Positions 51,251 through 63,857 of a DNA stretch of 64,000 nt are shown piece by piece. Both the position numbers and the translations under genes were made by a program. This DNA comes from Iphione sp. A-MEVVRFRX5. Taxonomy: Eukaryota. The stretch spans positions 48,236,001 to 48,300,000 of the forward strand of contig OZ320322.1 in the NCBI GenBank assembly GCA_976226885.1. The letters are read 5' to 3'. Below the pieces are notes generated by a model. The model was not told where the DNA came from and did no database searches. It was given only the letters and a program-made list of their open reading frames with translations. Position 1 is the stretch's first letter; each line of letters begins with the position of its first letter.

Positions 51251-51599
51251 TGAACTGTTGATAATTAACCTATCAATAACTGACCATTACCTAATGATGA
51301 TTATTTGAAAACCTATCAATAACTGACAATTATCTAAAATGATTCATGGCCAAACAAATAAAGGCTCTGTATTAAAAAAAAAGCTATTAAAGGCTCTAGA
51401 GCCAAAATAAAAGTTTCAAAGGTGGTCTTCAAAAAAGGGTTTTCTAAAGGTTTAAAGGTTCACTGGGAGGCCTGCTTGTGATACTCTTCTGGGTTCACTA
51501 CTTGAAACCTCAGCTGCCTTCAGATGTGAAAGCCTACTTGACATTGATTATCAGCCACTAGTGAATGCTGCATTTGGAGGTCATATTCTCTCAATCACC

Positions 51600-52575
51600 C
51601 ATGACTGTCAGGGAGAGCATGAATGTGAGTATCAGTGTGAGTGAGAGCATGAGTGTGAGTGAGTGAGAATATGAGTAAGACATCAGAGTTACTGAAAGCA
51701 AAAATGATGTGTGTGAGTGGGAACATGAGTTTCAGTGAGAACATGAGTGAGTATGAACGAACATGTATGTAAGTGAGAGTATATGTGAGAGCATAAATAC
51801 AAGTGAGAGCATGACTGAGAATATGAGTGAGAATATGAATGTGGGTGAAAGTATGGGTGTAAGTGGAAGCATCAGTAAGAGTATGAGTGAGAGCATGAGT
51901 GTCAATGAGAGTGTTAGTGAGCATATGAGTCAGACCATGAGTGTCACTGAGAACATGAGTAAGAGTATGAGTGAGAATATGCATGTCAATGAGAATATGA
52001 GTGAAAGTATGACTGAGAGCATGAGTGGGTGAGAACATGAGTGGATGAGAGCATGAGTGTGAGTAAAAGCCTGAGTAAAAGAATGAGTGAGAACATGAAT
52101 GTCAGTGAGAGCATCAGTGAGAGTATGACTGTGAGCATGAGTGACAGTGAAAACATGGGTGAGAGTACGAGTGAGAACATGAGTCAGTAGAACATAGGGA
52201 GATTATGAGTGTGAGAACATGAGTGTCAGTGAGAACATGAGTAAGATCATGTGTGAGAACAAAGGTGTCAATGACAACATGAGTGAGAATATGAGTGACA
52301 GCATAAATGTCAATAGAGACATAAGGAGAGTATGAATGAGGAATGAGAGTATGAGTGTAAGTGATAGTATCAGTGAGAGTATGAGTGAGACCATGAGTGT
52401 CAGTGAGAACATGAGTAAGAGTATGAGTGAGAACATGTGTGTCAATGAGAACATCAGTTAGAGTATGAGTGAGAGCATAAGTGTCAGTGAAAACATGAGT
52501 AAGAGTGTGAGTGTGAGGAAGAGCATAACTGTAGGTGAAAACATGAGTGTGAGTGAGAACATAAGTAAGAGTGAG
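51600..52575. repeat. ATGAGT/GTGAGT-based degenerate microsatellite block A
   Basis: Continuous mixture of ATGAGT, GTGAGT, GTCAGT, GAGAAC and GAGAGC hexamers. Confidence 0.9.
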
Positions 52576-52580
52576 AGTTG

Positions 52581-53300
52581 TGGACAACTCAGACACTATT
52601 CCATACAGAAGGACGGGACTTGAACCAAACTGTTGTGGGCCCAATGATGCAGGTGAATTGTGCAGGTTGGGGTGACCCAGTTGACAGGCATGTCAAGAGA
52701 AAAACTGAGATAACTCGGAACTATTGTACATAGAAGGATGGGACTTGAACCAAAATGTTACGGGTTCAATGATACAGGTGATGGGGGCATAGGTTGGGAT
52801 GACACAGTTGACAGGCAAGTAAAGACAAAAGCTGTGATAACTTGTAAACTATTGCACATAGAAGGATGGGACTTGAACCAAAATGGTGTGGACCCAATGA
52901 TGCAGGTGATAGGTGCAGGTTAGCATGACCCAGTTAACAGGTACATGAAGAGAAAAACTGTGATAACTCAGAAACTATTGCACATAGAAGGATGGGACTT
53001 GAACTAGAATGTTGCAGACCCAATGATACATTTGATAGGTGCAGGTTGAGGTGAACCAGTCAACAAGCACATAAAGAGAAACTGTAATGGCTTGGACACT
53101 ATTCTACATGAAAGGACAGGACTTGAACCAAAATGTTGCAGGCCCAATGATGCAGGTAATACTTGCAGGTTAGGGTGACCCAGTCAACAGGCACATAAAG
53201 GGAAAAACCTGCAATAACTCAGAAACTATTGCATATAGAAGGATGGGACCTAAACCAAAATGTTATGGGCCCAATGATACAGATGATAGGTGTAGGTTGG
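52581..53300. repeat. ~126-bp tandem satellite, block A (~5.7 copies)
   Basis: Units start at ~52583, 52710, 52837, 52963, 53087 and 53214. Consensus ATAACTCAGAAACTATTGCACATAGAAGGATGGGACTTGAACCAAAATGTT...CCCAATGATGCAGGTGATAGGTGCAGGTT.GGGTGACCCAGTTGACAGGCACATAAAGAGAAAAACTGTG. Confidence 0.95.
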
Positions 53301-53301
53301 G

Positions 53302-53885
53302 AACATGTATGTCAATGAGAACATCAGTTAGAGTATGAGTGAGGGCATGATTGTTAGTGAGAACATGAGTGAGAATATGAGTGTGAGGAAGAGCATGACT
53401 GTAGGTGAAAACGTGAGTGTGAGAACATTAGTAAGAGTGGGAGCATGAGTGTGAGTGAGAGCATTAGTAAGAGCATGAGTAGAGAGCATGAGTGTCGGTG
53501 AGAACATAAGGGAGAGTATGTATGACAATATGAATATCAGTAGAGCATAAGGACAGTAAGAGTATGACAGCATGAGTGTGAGTGAGAGCATGAGTAAGAA
53601 TATGAGTGAGCACATGAGTGTCAGTGGGTGGACGTGTGTGCACAAGAGCATGAGTGTGAGTGAGAACATGGACAAGAGTATGAGTGTCAGTGAGAAAATG
53701 AGTGAGAGTATGAGTGAGAACATGAGTATGAGTGAGAATATGATGAGAGTATGAGTGTGAGTGAGAGCATTAGTAAGAGCATGAGTGACAACATGAGTAT
53801 CAGTAGAACATAAGGAGAGCATGAGTGTAACAGCATGAGTGTGAGCATGAGCAAGAATATGAGTGAGAACATGAGTGTCATAGGG
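53302..53885. repeat. ATGAGT/GTGAGT-based degenerate microsatellite block B
   Basis: Same hexamer vocabulary as block A; it opens with a near copy of 52433-52475. Confidence 0.9.
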
Positions 53886-53886
53886 T

Positions 53887-54432
53887 GGACAACTCAGACA
53901 CTATTCCACACAGAAGGATAGGACTTGAATCAAAATATTATGGGCCCAATGATGCATGTGAATTGTGCAGGTTGGGGTGACCAAGTCGATAGGCACATAA
54001 AGAGAAAACTGCAATAACTTGGAAACTATTGCAGAAGAAGGATGGGACTTCAACCAAAATGTTATGGGTGCAATCATACAGGTGACAGGTGTAGGTTGGG
54101 ATGACACAGTTGACAGGCAAGTAAAGACAAAAGCTGTGATAATTCATAAACTATTGCACGTAGAAGGATGGGACTTGAACTAAAATGTTGCAGACCCAAT
54201 GATGCAGGTGATAGGTGCAGGTTAGGGTGACCCAGTCGACAGGCACATGAAGAGAAAAACTGTGATAACTCGTAAAACTATTGCACATAGTAGGATGGGA
54301 CTTGAATCAAAATGTTGCTGGTGCAATGACACAGATGGCAGATGCAGGTTAGGGTGACCCAGCTGACAGGCAGGTAGAGAGAAAAACTGTGATAACTCAG
54401 AAACTTATACACATAGAAGGATGGGACTGCAG
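53887..54432. repeat. ~126-bp tandem satellite, block B (~4.3 copies)
   Basis: Units start at ~53889, 54014, 54139, 54265 and 54392; same consensus as block A. Confidence 0.95.
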
Positions 54433-54444
54433 GCCTACTGATGC

Positions 54445-54560
54445 GGGTGATGATGATGACGATGAAGAGGAGGAGGAGGGGGAGGAGGAGGAGAAGGGCA
54501 GGGGGAGGGGAAGGGTATAGGGAGGAGGAAGAGGAGGAGGAGGAGGAGGAGGAGGAGGGG
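54445..54560. repeat. Purine-rich (GAT)n/(GAG)n tract
   Basis: Runs of GATGATGAT and GAGGAGGAG read directly. Confidence 0.9.
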
Positions 54561-54800
54561 GAGCATGCTCCCACACTGTTCCTTCATGCCCTAGCTCCCT
54601 CCCCTTGGGTGGTTGCACTGGCAGCAGCATGCTTGATACCCCCACCCGGTTCCCTCCCGCTCTCGTCCCTCTCCCTTGGGTGCTCGTGGTTCTAGCAGTG
54701 TGCTTGACACTCCCACCCTGTTCTCTCCAGCTATGGCCCCCCTCTCCCTTAGGCGCTCCCGGTTGAGACTCCCACCATCCCTCCTGCTCTAACACCAGCT
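54560..54800 (-). repeat. Inverted, diverged relative of the G-rich repeat at 38780-39250
   Basis: The reverse complement contains GAGGGAACCGGGTG..CAAGCA, as at 38826-38855; purine/pyrimidine skew is the mirror image. Confidence 0.4.
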
Positions 54801-57800
54801 GTCACTCAAACATCCCTAGCCTAGGGTGATGTAACAGGCCACTCAACAAACAAATCAAAGCTTTGACTTCTGACACTGAAATTTCCAGAGTTTCAAGAGA
54901 AGCCATGGTGATATAACCTGCACTATGGCTCAAAGTTGAAAGGCTAAGCCCCTCGCCTTTACAGAGCTGTTCCCGTCTGCATATAATGGAGGTCATCACT
55001 ATCTGCTAGACACAGACTTTTTAACACAGATATGACCTCCGTTGATAAAATTAGTCATCAGAGGTTGCCCTCCTTCCCCTCATGCTCAAATAGATTATAA
55101 AAAAATCTATCATGTACAAATGTTATTCAAGTATTCTATTTGAAGAGAAAAGGCTAAGGCCAATACATTACCATTCAGAGAATGGGAACGCCACCAAAGA
55201 GAAGAGGACGTTAGTTTTAACAAATCAGGTTTCATGAGTTGTATGAGAGGAAAAGACTATTAAGAAAGAGGAGAGGGGTTGGGGGGGCCCCTATGGCAGA
55301 AAAAAATAAAGAAATGTTGAAGCCTTATTTGTATGGAGACCCTCTTTTGGATTTTTGGTATTGTATTCGTAATGAGTAGTCTGTGAACAAAAAGAATACA
55401 AAAGAGACAACTTGTTAAAAGATTTGAATCATTTAATTTCTCCTGTGAACAATATAGGAATGTGCCGATGTTGGTACGGAGTCTTGATGAGCCATCCTTG
55501 GATCAAGCGCTACTATATTCGACCAAAGGGTGGCGGGATGCACTCCCCATGTAGCCACATATATTAACGCCTACCCAGCACTGTGTGGGCATGGATGTAC
55601 AGAGCAAGGAAAGGCACTCAGTGACAGTGACAATCAGATGGCATCGAACCGAAGCTCCGCGGCCCCCAAAAGGCTCCGAATTGGAGGGAGTGCCCCTGCT
55701 GGTCGACGACTCCTACTGGCAAGGTTATCCCACTTTACTTGACAACATTAAAAGAGGTCTTAACAAACGAGAAAGAAAAATTGATTGCACAACGAGAAGA
55801 CGAGGTGCTTAACAAATGTATAAACCTTACAGTCAAACAGGAATAATCTTGTAACAGTACAAGCAGCTTTTCATCTCGACTGTGTTTTCAACATGGTTAA
55901 GATACACTAAACATATCCTAATTTTATTCAGCATCATAAGACTCACTGCATCTTTTTTTGTTTTTTGCTATTGTTATTTTTTTTCCAATAAACAGAATTC
56001 ATATCAGCCCATTTTCCGGCTACACATACTCAGATAAAATGAGTGCAGTGTCCCATCCACAGCCAACACAATGTGAATCCACGAGAGGGCAAGGTGGGGT
56101 GGGGTGGAGGACGTTCCACTGCCTTGAAGGAGGGCGGCCTCGGTGAAAATGTCAACACCCAAGACAGCGGCTTGATCCTACAGCCTGGAGATGGGAGGCC
56201 ATGTCATTACGATGCTCTGACAGAAGATGAGGACACCGCGTTGGTATAACTCACAGGAAAGGGTTCGGGTATCCCTGGTACTGACTGGATAGTTACCGGT
56301 TAACGACTAAGGAACGATGGGGCGGGGTAGGAGAGCTGGGGCAGGCTGTTAATTACAGCCGATGGAGGCCAGCAGGCCTTTTTTTAAAATTTATGAATTT
56401 ATAATTCTAGAGGAAGGAGTAAGCCAGCTTCATGATATATATATTGGGACATGGACCAAGAACACAGACAAGTTAGACACATAGGGAGATTTACATACGT
56501 CAACACAGGGAGAAATAACAAGCTAAGTGAGTTTTTATTTGTGCGGGTGGGGGTGGGGGATGGACGGGAATACTCAGACGAAGTCAGTGAGGGGGACGAG
56601 GGACCAAGGGGCAAGAATTTGATCTCGAAAAAAAAAAAATCCCGCTAGGAGGATAATCTCAACAAAACAACCTTAACCGTACTTACAAGTCCGCTTGTGT
56701 CAGCATGACTGGTTAACTCAATAGTGTCTTCTTTTACTCCCTGTTTTTTTAAGTTTGTCCAGAAAATGTTTGTACTGCCTTCAACCTGCTGCACGATTGA
56801 TGCACCACAGAGCGTGGGTGATAATGGTGAACAACACAAGGCACCTCCGGGGTAGCCACCTAGATTCGCAAAGAAGACTTATCATCTGATATTAAAGGAG
56901 TGTACGTGATCGACTTGTAAATTTGCCTGGAAACTCAAAGATAATATAAATGCTGAATCTGTTTGGAACTCGGAAGAGGATCCGATGCTTCTGTATTCGC
57001 TGTAGCCACGTACATCCATCTAATGAAACTCTGGTTGGTGTAGCCTGCAAAATCAAGAAACTACACTACCACGTTATATGCTGTGAACTTCAGCTGCACT
57101 GGATTCCCTCGAAACCCCCTAAATGTATAGGGACAGGTTTCCATGTTCCTCGACATTCCACTGATACAACGCACGAGCATAAAACATTCTGTTCGTATCT
57201 AAAGTTTAGACAGGTCGTTCGTGGAACGTCAGACAATAAAACGACTTCATCCGAACGTCAGATCTTCTGTCTACTCATCGGGAGCCATAGCAGTGTAACG
57301 GGTGGTGGTGGTGGGGAGGTGGGGTTAGAAACCATAATAAATGCGTAGGGCAAATGCGGAGAGTGAGTGAACCGCCCCGAAATACTTGAGACATCTGTCC
57401 CATCTGAGCGTACGCTACTGACCAACTTCAAATGAGGCCAACCTTCGTCAAACCTTCACACACCTCGGAAACTACACACCTGTGACTTAAAACCCATATA
57501 CTCGTGCCTTAAAACACTACTCTTTTGAATTTTATTTCATGGTATTCATTTGACTTTTTAAGTGCTTTGTGTTGAGACAAGTAAATCATGTACGTTGGTT
57601 TCGCACTCACTCCGGAAATATATAGCATTTTTTACCCGATACAAATGAGTATGGAAAATCTATACACTGTTTTGTCCTTTCCCGGACTACATAATATCGA
57701 TATTGCACACTAATTTCTTCTTTTTTTTTTACATCCCTCCAATTGTTAACATAAGGAACTCAAACTAATGTTCCCCTATATAGTCTCCTTTTTTACTTCA

Positions 57801-59367
57801 CCAAAAATATACTTTCAGATTTTATTTTGTATACTTCATAATTTTCATACTTTATACCTTTGAGCAAGCGTACGTTCATCACTGAACGTCTACCTATATA
57901 CTGATATGTAGGATTACATAAAGATTGACATAAGGAGGATACAATGGCTCAAGAAACTCACAGAGGAGGTTATTCCTCGACTCAAATGTCACCAGTTCAC
58001 CATAGCATGATACAATCAGTTGGCTCTTCCCTGTTGAAAGCTACCCAACTTTTTTTTACATACTGCTCCGGCGTATACGCGCGTGTGTGCGTGTGCATGT
58101 GTGTAAAACAAAATGACTGTGGACCACGATTGCACCCACACCTGACAGTCCCTGATATTGTATTGTATATGCTACCTAAACCTGAAGTCAGGCCGTTTTT
58201 TCTTAAAATATTGCAAACCAGTTTAACCTGAGAGGACGAGGCTGTTCCAAGTATGGGCCGTTGTTATGTGAACACTCAACTCGAAAGGTAGCAGCAGGCC
58301 TATCCCTGTAGCCTGACCCATCATCATCACTTTGGGAAAAAAAATGTGCGTAAGAAAAATTAACTCAAGTTTATCTACTGCAACTGTTCCCCAAATACGT
58401 TAGAAAATACTCATACGGTTACGTTAGCTCGAGGACTTAACCCAAGAAACACCAATAGTTCGTCCTTAAATTAAGAAAGCTCCTTGAATTAAGTATGATG
58501 GTTAATAAATGACTACGGCACCTAACATTAAAGCAGTTATCCCTCGAATACAATTGACCGCAACAATACTCTGCCCTTTAAATAATCAAGACACAGATGC
58601 CTGATCGAGACAATGCGAGAATAATTAACAAATACAAGCATCTACATATTTCTCCGGATTTTTTTTGGTACTTTGCTTACTGCTTTCTTGGTATGAGAAC
58701 AAAAATACAGTAGCCTCCCACATCCTAAACACAGCACACTATAAAGGTACCTATCTTATGTATATAACTCTGGTTAATCCCCTGCAGTATAGTAGAAATA
58801 TAGAGCATAGGCGAAGTGTTTCTATACCCTGACCAAAGGACATACGTATCGTACATTCTTGTGATATGTGTGGACTTAGACACATAATTATATTATGAAA
58901 GGCCAGTACCAAGTAAATTCTGCACAATTTCACATAAATAAAATCTTTTGAAAAATATAGAGTGACAAGTTTGACATTCTCACTTTCTCAAGGACAGGCA
59001 AAATAATATCTGAGAGTAGTAAATCGCTACTGTCACTGGTGTTTCGTTTAAAAAAATATTCGGAATTGTATTTGTTTGTATAAATGTTCGTTCCTATTAT
59101 TTAAAAGACTCTGTAAGGAAAGATATACTTTGTCCATTTGACAGCTTTGTCGTAAAATATCACATTCATCAGAAATACATGTATCTCGAAATGCAATTGA
59201 CTCTCACTCACTGCCTCGGGAGGCTTCTAAATCATAGTGAAGTCGTGCATGTGACTCCTGACTCCTAGTCCATGTAGTATACTTGTTCGATTTTTTTTCT
59301 CACTTTTATTATTTTGTGCTGTATCCTTCATTGGAACACTTGGCGAGGAGACGTTGTCCTTTGACGT

Positions 59368-62300
59368 TCAACTGTGTCCATTGGATGGCGGTTCCTCGCT
59401 GCCATTGACCATGACTTGCGATCGTTGATTCTCCTGGGCATGTTTAGAGCCCCGGTTGCGGGGTCGACGCTGCGGTAGAGCCTTTGGCACTGTGTTCTCT
59501 GCCGCACCGTTCTCTATCAACTTAGAGTTGTCGGCGGTGACTTCCTTCTTGCCACCGTCTGGCGCTGAGTGTTGTCGTTCTTCAGGTTTGTTCAGTTTGA
59601 GGTCATTCTGTTTCAGCGGTTCCTTGACTTTGGGGCCACCTACTTTGCCCACCGAGTTTGCAGCAGCACCACTCCTGTGTTGACTGCCCGTCTTGTCAAC
59701 TTGTGAGTGGTCCTGTGCCGTGCCGTTCATCCCGATCCCATTCACAGAACCATTATGTACTGGTCGGTTCTCTTGGGGAGCTCTGGGACCCCGAGACCGG
59801 TGGTCCTGTGGTTCCTTCGGCTGATGGTGGCTGGTGTTACTCTGTCGTGGATCCTGGCTCTTCACATGGGCTCCCTGGAAGGGGCCCGGCCCACGTGGCT
59901 CCCGCTGTCCCTGCCCCTCAGGCTGAGAACCCAGCTGGCCACCACTCGACGCAGGCCCACCTGGCTGTTCCAACCTTGGAGTCTGCTTCATGGGCGACGT
60001 TCCCCGGTCAGCAACATTTCTGGGTCCATGGACCTGAGTTCGTGTCTTCTTCTCCAGGCTACTGGATGGAGGGGGGGTGGGTGTGCTGGCATTGGGAGTT
60101 GGTAGACTGTCACTTTGCATACTAATTGCTAGAACCTCCCGTTCTCTGTCTCTCTGCTTCTGTCGCCTCCGTGCATTGCGGCTTTTCCTTACATCACCTA
60201 CCAGTCAGACAAAAGCAAGTACTTTATGTTTTGCGTAAAGAGAACTTCGCTATCAAAAGTGCTTAGAATATACATGTACTTTCAATAATGTAGCACTTAT
60301 ACCTTTTTTAAAAACGTGAATTCATGCTACTGGAAGCAAGAATGTCCCCAAAAATGCTTCATACTACTACCGAGAACACTGTTTAGATAATCTTATGGTG
60401 GATTAAGTCAAAACACTGGTTACTGCATAAAATATTAGTTACAGTGCATAAAATCGGCCAAAATATCAAGAACATAGAGTGATTCATTACACAACCAGCT
60501 GTAATGACAATGTTTTAAAGCCGTTTGGGTGACACTATGTCCTTTGTCTGAGTTGTTGTCATCCTATCAACCTAACGCAGCATTATGTGAGCAAGTCTGA
60601 AGGGTGACCATCGTAAGTTTCACAATGTTATACAGGATTAAACAACAGACTCTCGTCTTTTTGAAGCTCTTGACAGTGATAAACCATACCAGTGAAGTCC
60701 AAGTCTGGCTGTGATAGCACGGCGGTCTTGGTTGTGGGAGGTTTCCCTACTCTCACAGGACTGGTGCTCGCTGACTTGTGGGTTGGAGATAGGGAAGAAG
60801 CATCCTCCTGAAAGGAAACAAGATGCATATGAATGGAAAGATTATCATAAACACGAACGTTTTGTACTCTGCTTCAAAAATTGCACTTCTTATTACTGTT
60901 GTCTTTGAAGTACGGAGAGGTGATTCGGGTAATCCCACCATACAACTAGGGCAATGGTGTGGATAAATGTGTGTACATGTGAGTGTGCATGTGCGTGAGA
61001 CAGACAGACAGACAGACAGTCAAAGCGCGAGAGAGGCAGGGAGACAGAGACAAGTAAGAGTCCCAATCTCTTAGTTGTAGTAACTGGCAGCTGTTGATGG
61101 TTCACACAATCAGCAAACCATGGGCCACCCTACCCCCCCCCCCCACCCACCCAGGGAGCTCAGTGAGTGCGGTTCCGACATCATCACACACTTTCGCCTC
61201 TGCACCACACCTACTGCCAGTATGCAGGTTTTGTGTCGATGGACCTCCATGGTTAAATGGAACTCCTTAAAAATTGTACAAAAAGAAATTTTACTAAATC
61301 TTTGTAAGAGGTCAAAGTGTATGGCCAGAATTCCGGCAGTAAGTGTGAACTTACGTGCGGTGTTCCCTTCGAGGAGTTGACCTCTCTAGGCTTGGTTACG
61401 GATGACTGGACGGAGGAGGGTGCGTTACTGTGATTGCCACTTGACGCTACAAGGAAAGAAAGAACAAACATGTCTTACTGCCATATACAAAGCTGCCCGC
61501 CTATGTAATTCTTTTCTGTACCAAAAAAAAAACTAAAAGAAAAAACAGAACTGCTCTTGTAGAAGAAAACTGTCGGAAAGTTCTTGCTGTGATATGCTGG
61601 ACCTGATGTTTAAGTGCAATAACCTACACGTACATACATGTACATATTTGTGTAACTATCTCTTGGCATTAATAAGAATATCAGTGAACCTATATCAATG
61701 TCCTGACATTGTGTATTTCCCAGCTCAACACACATACTGGATACTTATTTTTTCTTTGTCAATGGCTTCGTAGTCAGACAGGTCCCTTAGTTCAAGTCTT
61801 GGATGTAACCAGGGTTGGTCCTTATTCACGACACATGCTCCAGCTCCGTTAGGGCTTTCTCCAAGTGAAGAAGAACATGATGAGCCTTACCTGAGTCTCC
61901 AGGGGTCGGGCTGTGCGCGGCAAGGACAGGCGTGGAGGGTGTGACGGGCGTCACGGGCTCTTCATGGGACACGATACTACTGGACACAGACGAGACGGAC
62001 GCGTGCCTCGCCATGGTGTGCGTGTGTTTCACTCGGCTAACTACACAAACAAAAATATTGACAGAGACTAGATATATTCACGGTTATTCTAGTAGTGGAT
62101 GTTTTGAAATAGAGACCGTTACTTTCGATTCAAAGACAATCCGACTTTATTCTTGTACTTTGGCTCAACTAAGAGAGTGAGCTTTAGACCTGCATGTATC
62201 TTCTCCTACAGTTTTTCATCATTTAGGATTATTATCAATCATTATTTCTTCATGATATTCAGGCTTATATTTCAATTATAGTATTTGACATAGAAAAGGG

Positions 62301-63857
62301 TGATAAGAATAGCTAAAAGGTAACTCCCTGAACAACATGAACAGATTCATGAATGAAAATTTCTTGAAAATATTTACCAAGGCGAGGGTGTTGTTGGGCT
62401 GACGTTAAATACCAAGAATGTTTCATGAACCGAGCGTTACAGAAATTACAACTTATCACACACTAAACTATGAAAAAATAATCCTCTCCACCTCAAAACT
62501 ACTCCTATACACAAAGTTTTGTGTTCGTCACTTTCATCTTGTTTTCTGTGGTAGCCGAGGATTCCTGTGTTCCAGATATAAAGGGGGAAAGCAAGGGAAA
62601 TTGTTATTTGTGTGTGATACTTACTTTCCCCGAAGGATCGGATACTGTTGAGAAGTCCCTCGCCGTCCCCGTGGAAGTGAGCAGACTTGGTGCTGTCCTC
62701 ATCGATCTTGTGGTCGCTGACGAAGTGCTGCATCAGAGAAGGCAAATAAGCAGAGAAATCCCTACGAGCGTCATGACCCATTACGGTGAATGAAACCGAA
62801 CTTGACAAAAGCAGAAGCACATCAAGGCAGACGCATACAAACGGAGCTAGCATGATGACAATGATCTTGACATAGGTTTATCATTATCTGACTATCGTCT
62901 GAAACAAGGAAAGGGACTGACGAGGTCCCTAGTCCCCAAACCAGCCGTTTAATCAAGCGGAAGTAATTCATTCTGAGTGTTTGAGCAGACTGTAACACTG
63001 CTTCATGTCTTTAAATCTGCAAAGTGACTGTCTCTGTATGTACAACCACATATTAAAGCAAATTAATTTGACCTTTAAGCCACTTATAACTACACAAAAA
63101 ATAAGCTAGTGGCAAGGAATCGAAATGTGAAAACACCATATTGAATACCATAGGATTTTACAAGGAGATGACACCACAAAATCATGATAGACGGTTAGAC
63201 GAACAGCAACATTCATTGAATTCACCCCTATATGAGATGGGGAACGACTAGACATTTTCTTTGTAACTCGAAAGCCTTCCCTGTTCCACCATTATTTCCG
63301 CGATGTGAACTAATTTCAGGAATTCATCGAGTTAGTGAAGAAAGTTAGGCCCGTCATGCATTGACCACAAAGCACACGCTGCCAAGTCAGTGAACGAGCT
63401 TCGAAACTAACCTTGATGTCAGCACGAAGTCCAGACAACTCGGCTTCTGTCATGCCTTGTGAGCGGTCGGCGCGGACACGCAGCTCCTTGGCCTTGTTCT
63501 GACGTTTCCCCAGCGTATCAACTGAAGTGAGCGCAGATACTTGTTAGTAACAGAGTCTGTAGGAGCATGCACTCATTCTATCGTTTCTGAGTAAAAACGA
63601 GTACATTGTATGTGTTTTACCAGAGAAAAGTTAAATCGGCCATAAAAGGAAGAATATCAGGGCCCAAGTGTTTTTTCCCCTACAAAACAATCACAGGAAC
63701 GTTCTTGCCCATTGTTATTAAATGTTACACTGCTTTCAAACTAACAAGTTCCCCTGATGACCAAGCTCAACTCTCTCCATTTTTTTTTCTGCACTTACTT
63801 GCTTGTTGCTTTGCCTTATCCATGTCAAACATAAGTTCCGCTTCCCGCTCATTTAAC
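59368..63857 (-). CDS. SPATS2: SPATS2/SPATS2L orthologue (DUF1387 family), 3' seven exons; 5' part lies beyond the window
   Basis: Exons (GT-AG, phases consistent): 63857-63799 (LNEREAELMFDMDKAKQQA), 63521-63412 (..GMTEAELSGLRADIK), 62727-62625 (HFVSDHKIDEDSTKSAHF..LLNSIRSFGE), 62040-61891, 61446-61355, 60807-60690, 60197-59368 (long low-complexity tail, stop at 59368). The peptides parallel human SPATS2 EREVALLAEMDKVK / MSEQQLVELRADIKHFVSERKYDEDL..SIDSFGQ, as I recall it. Confidence 0.88.

Noticed and set aside
51595-53881. Ser/Met-rich (MSESMSEN..) or His/Thr-rich repetitive protein
   Set aside because: The ORFs on both strands are by-products of the hexamer microsatellite; frames break repeatedly and no splice structure joins them.
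52581-54432. CRISPR-like array
   Set aside because: Whole 126-bp units are repeated with no unique spacers, there are no cas genes, and the context is eukaryotic.
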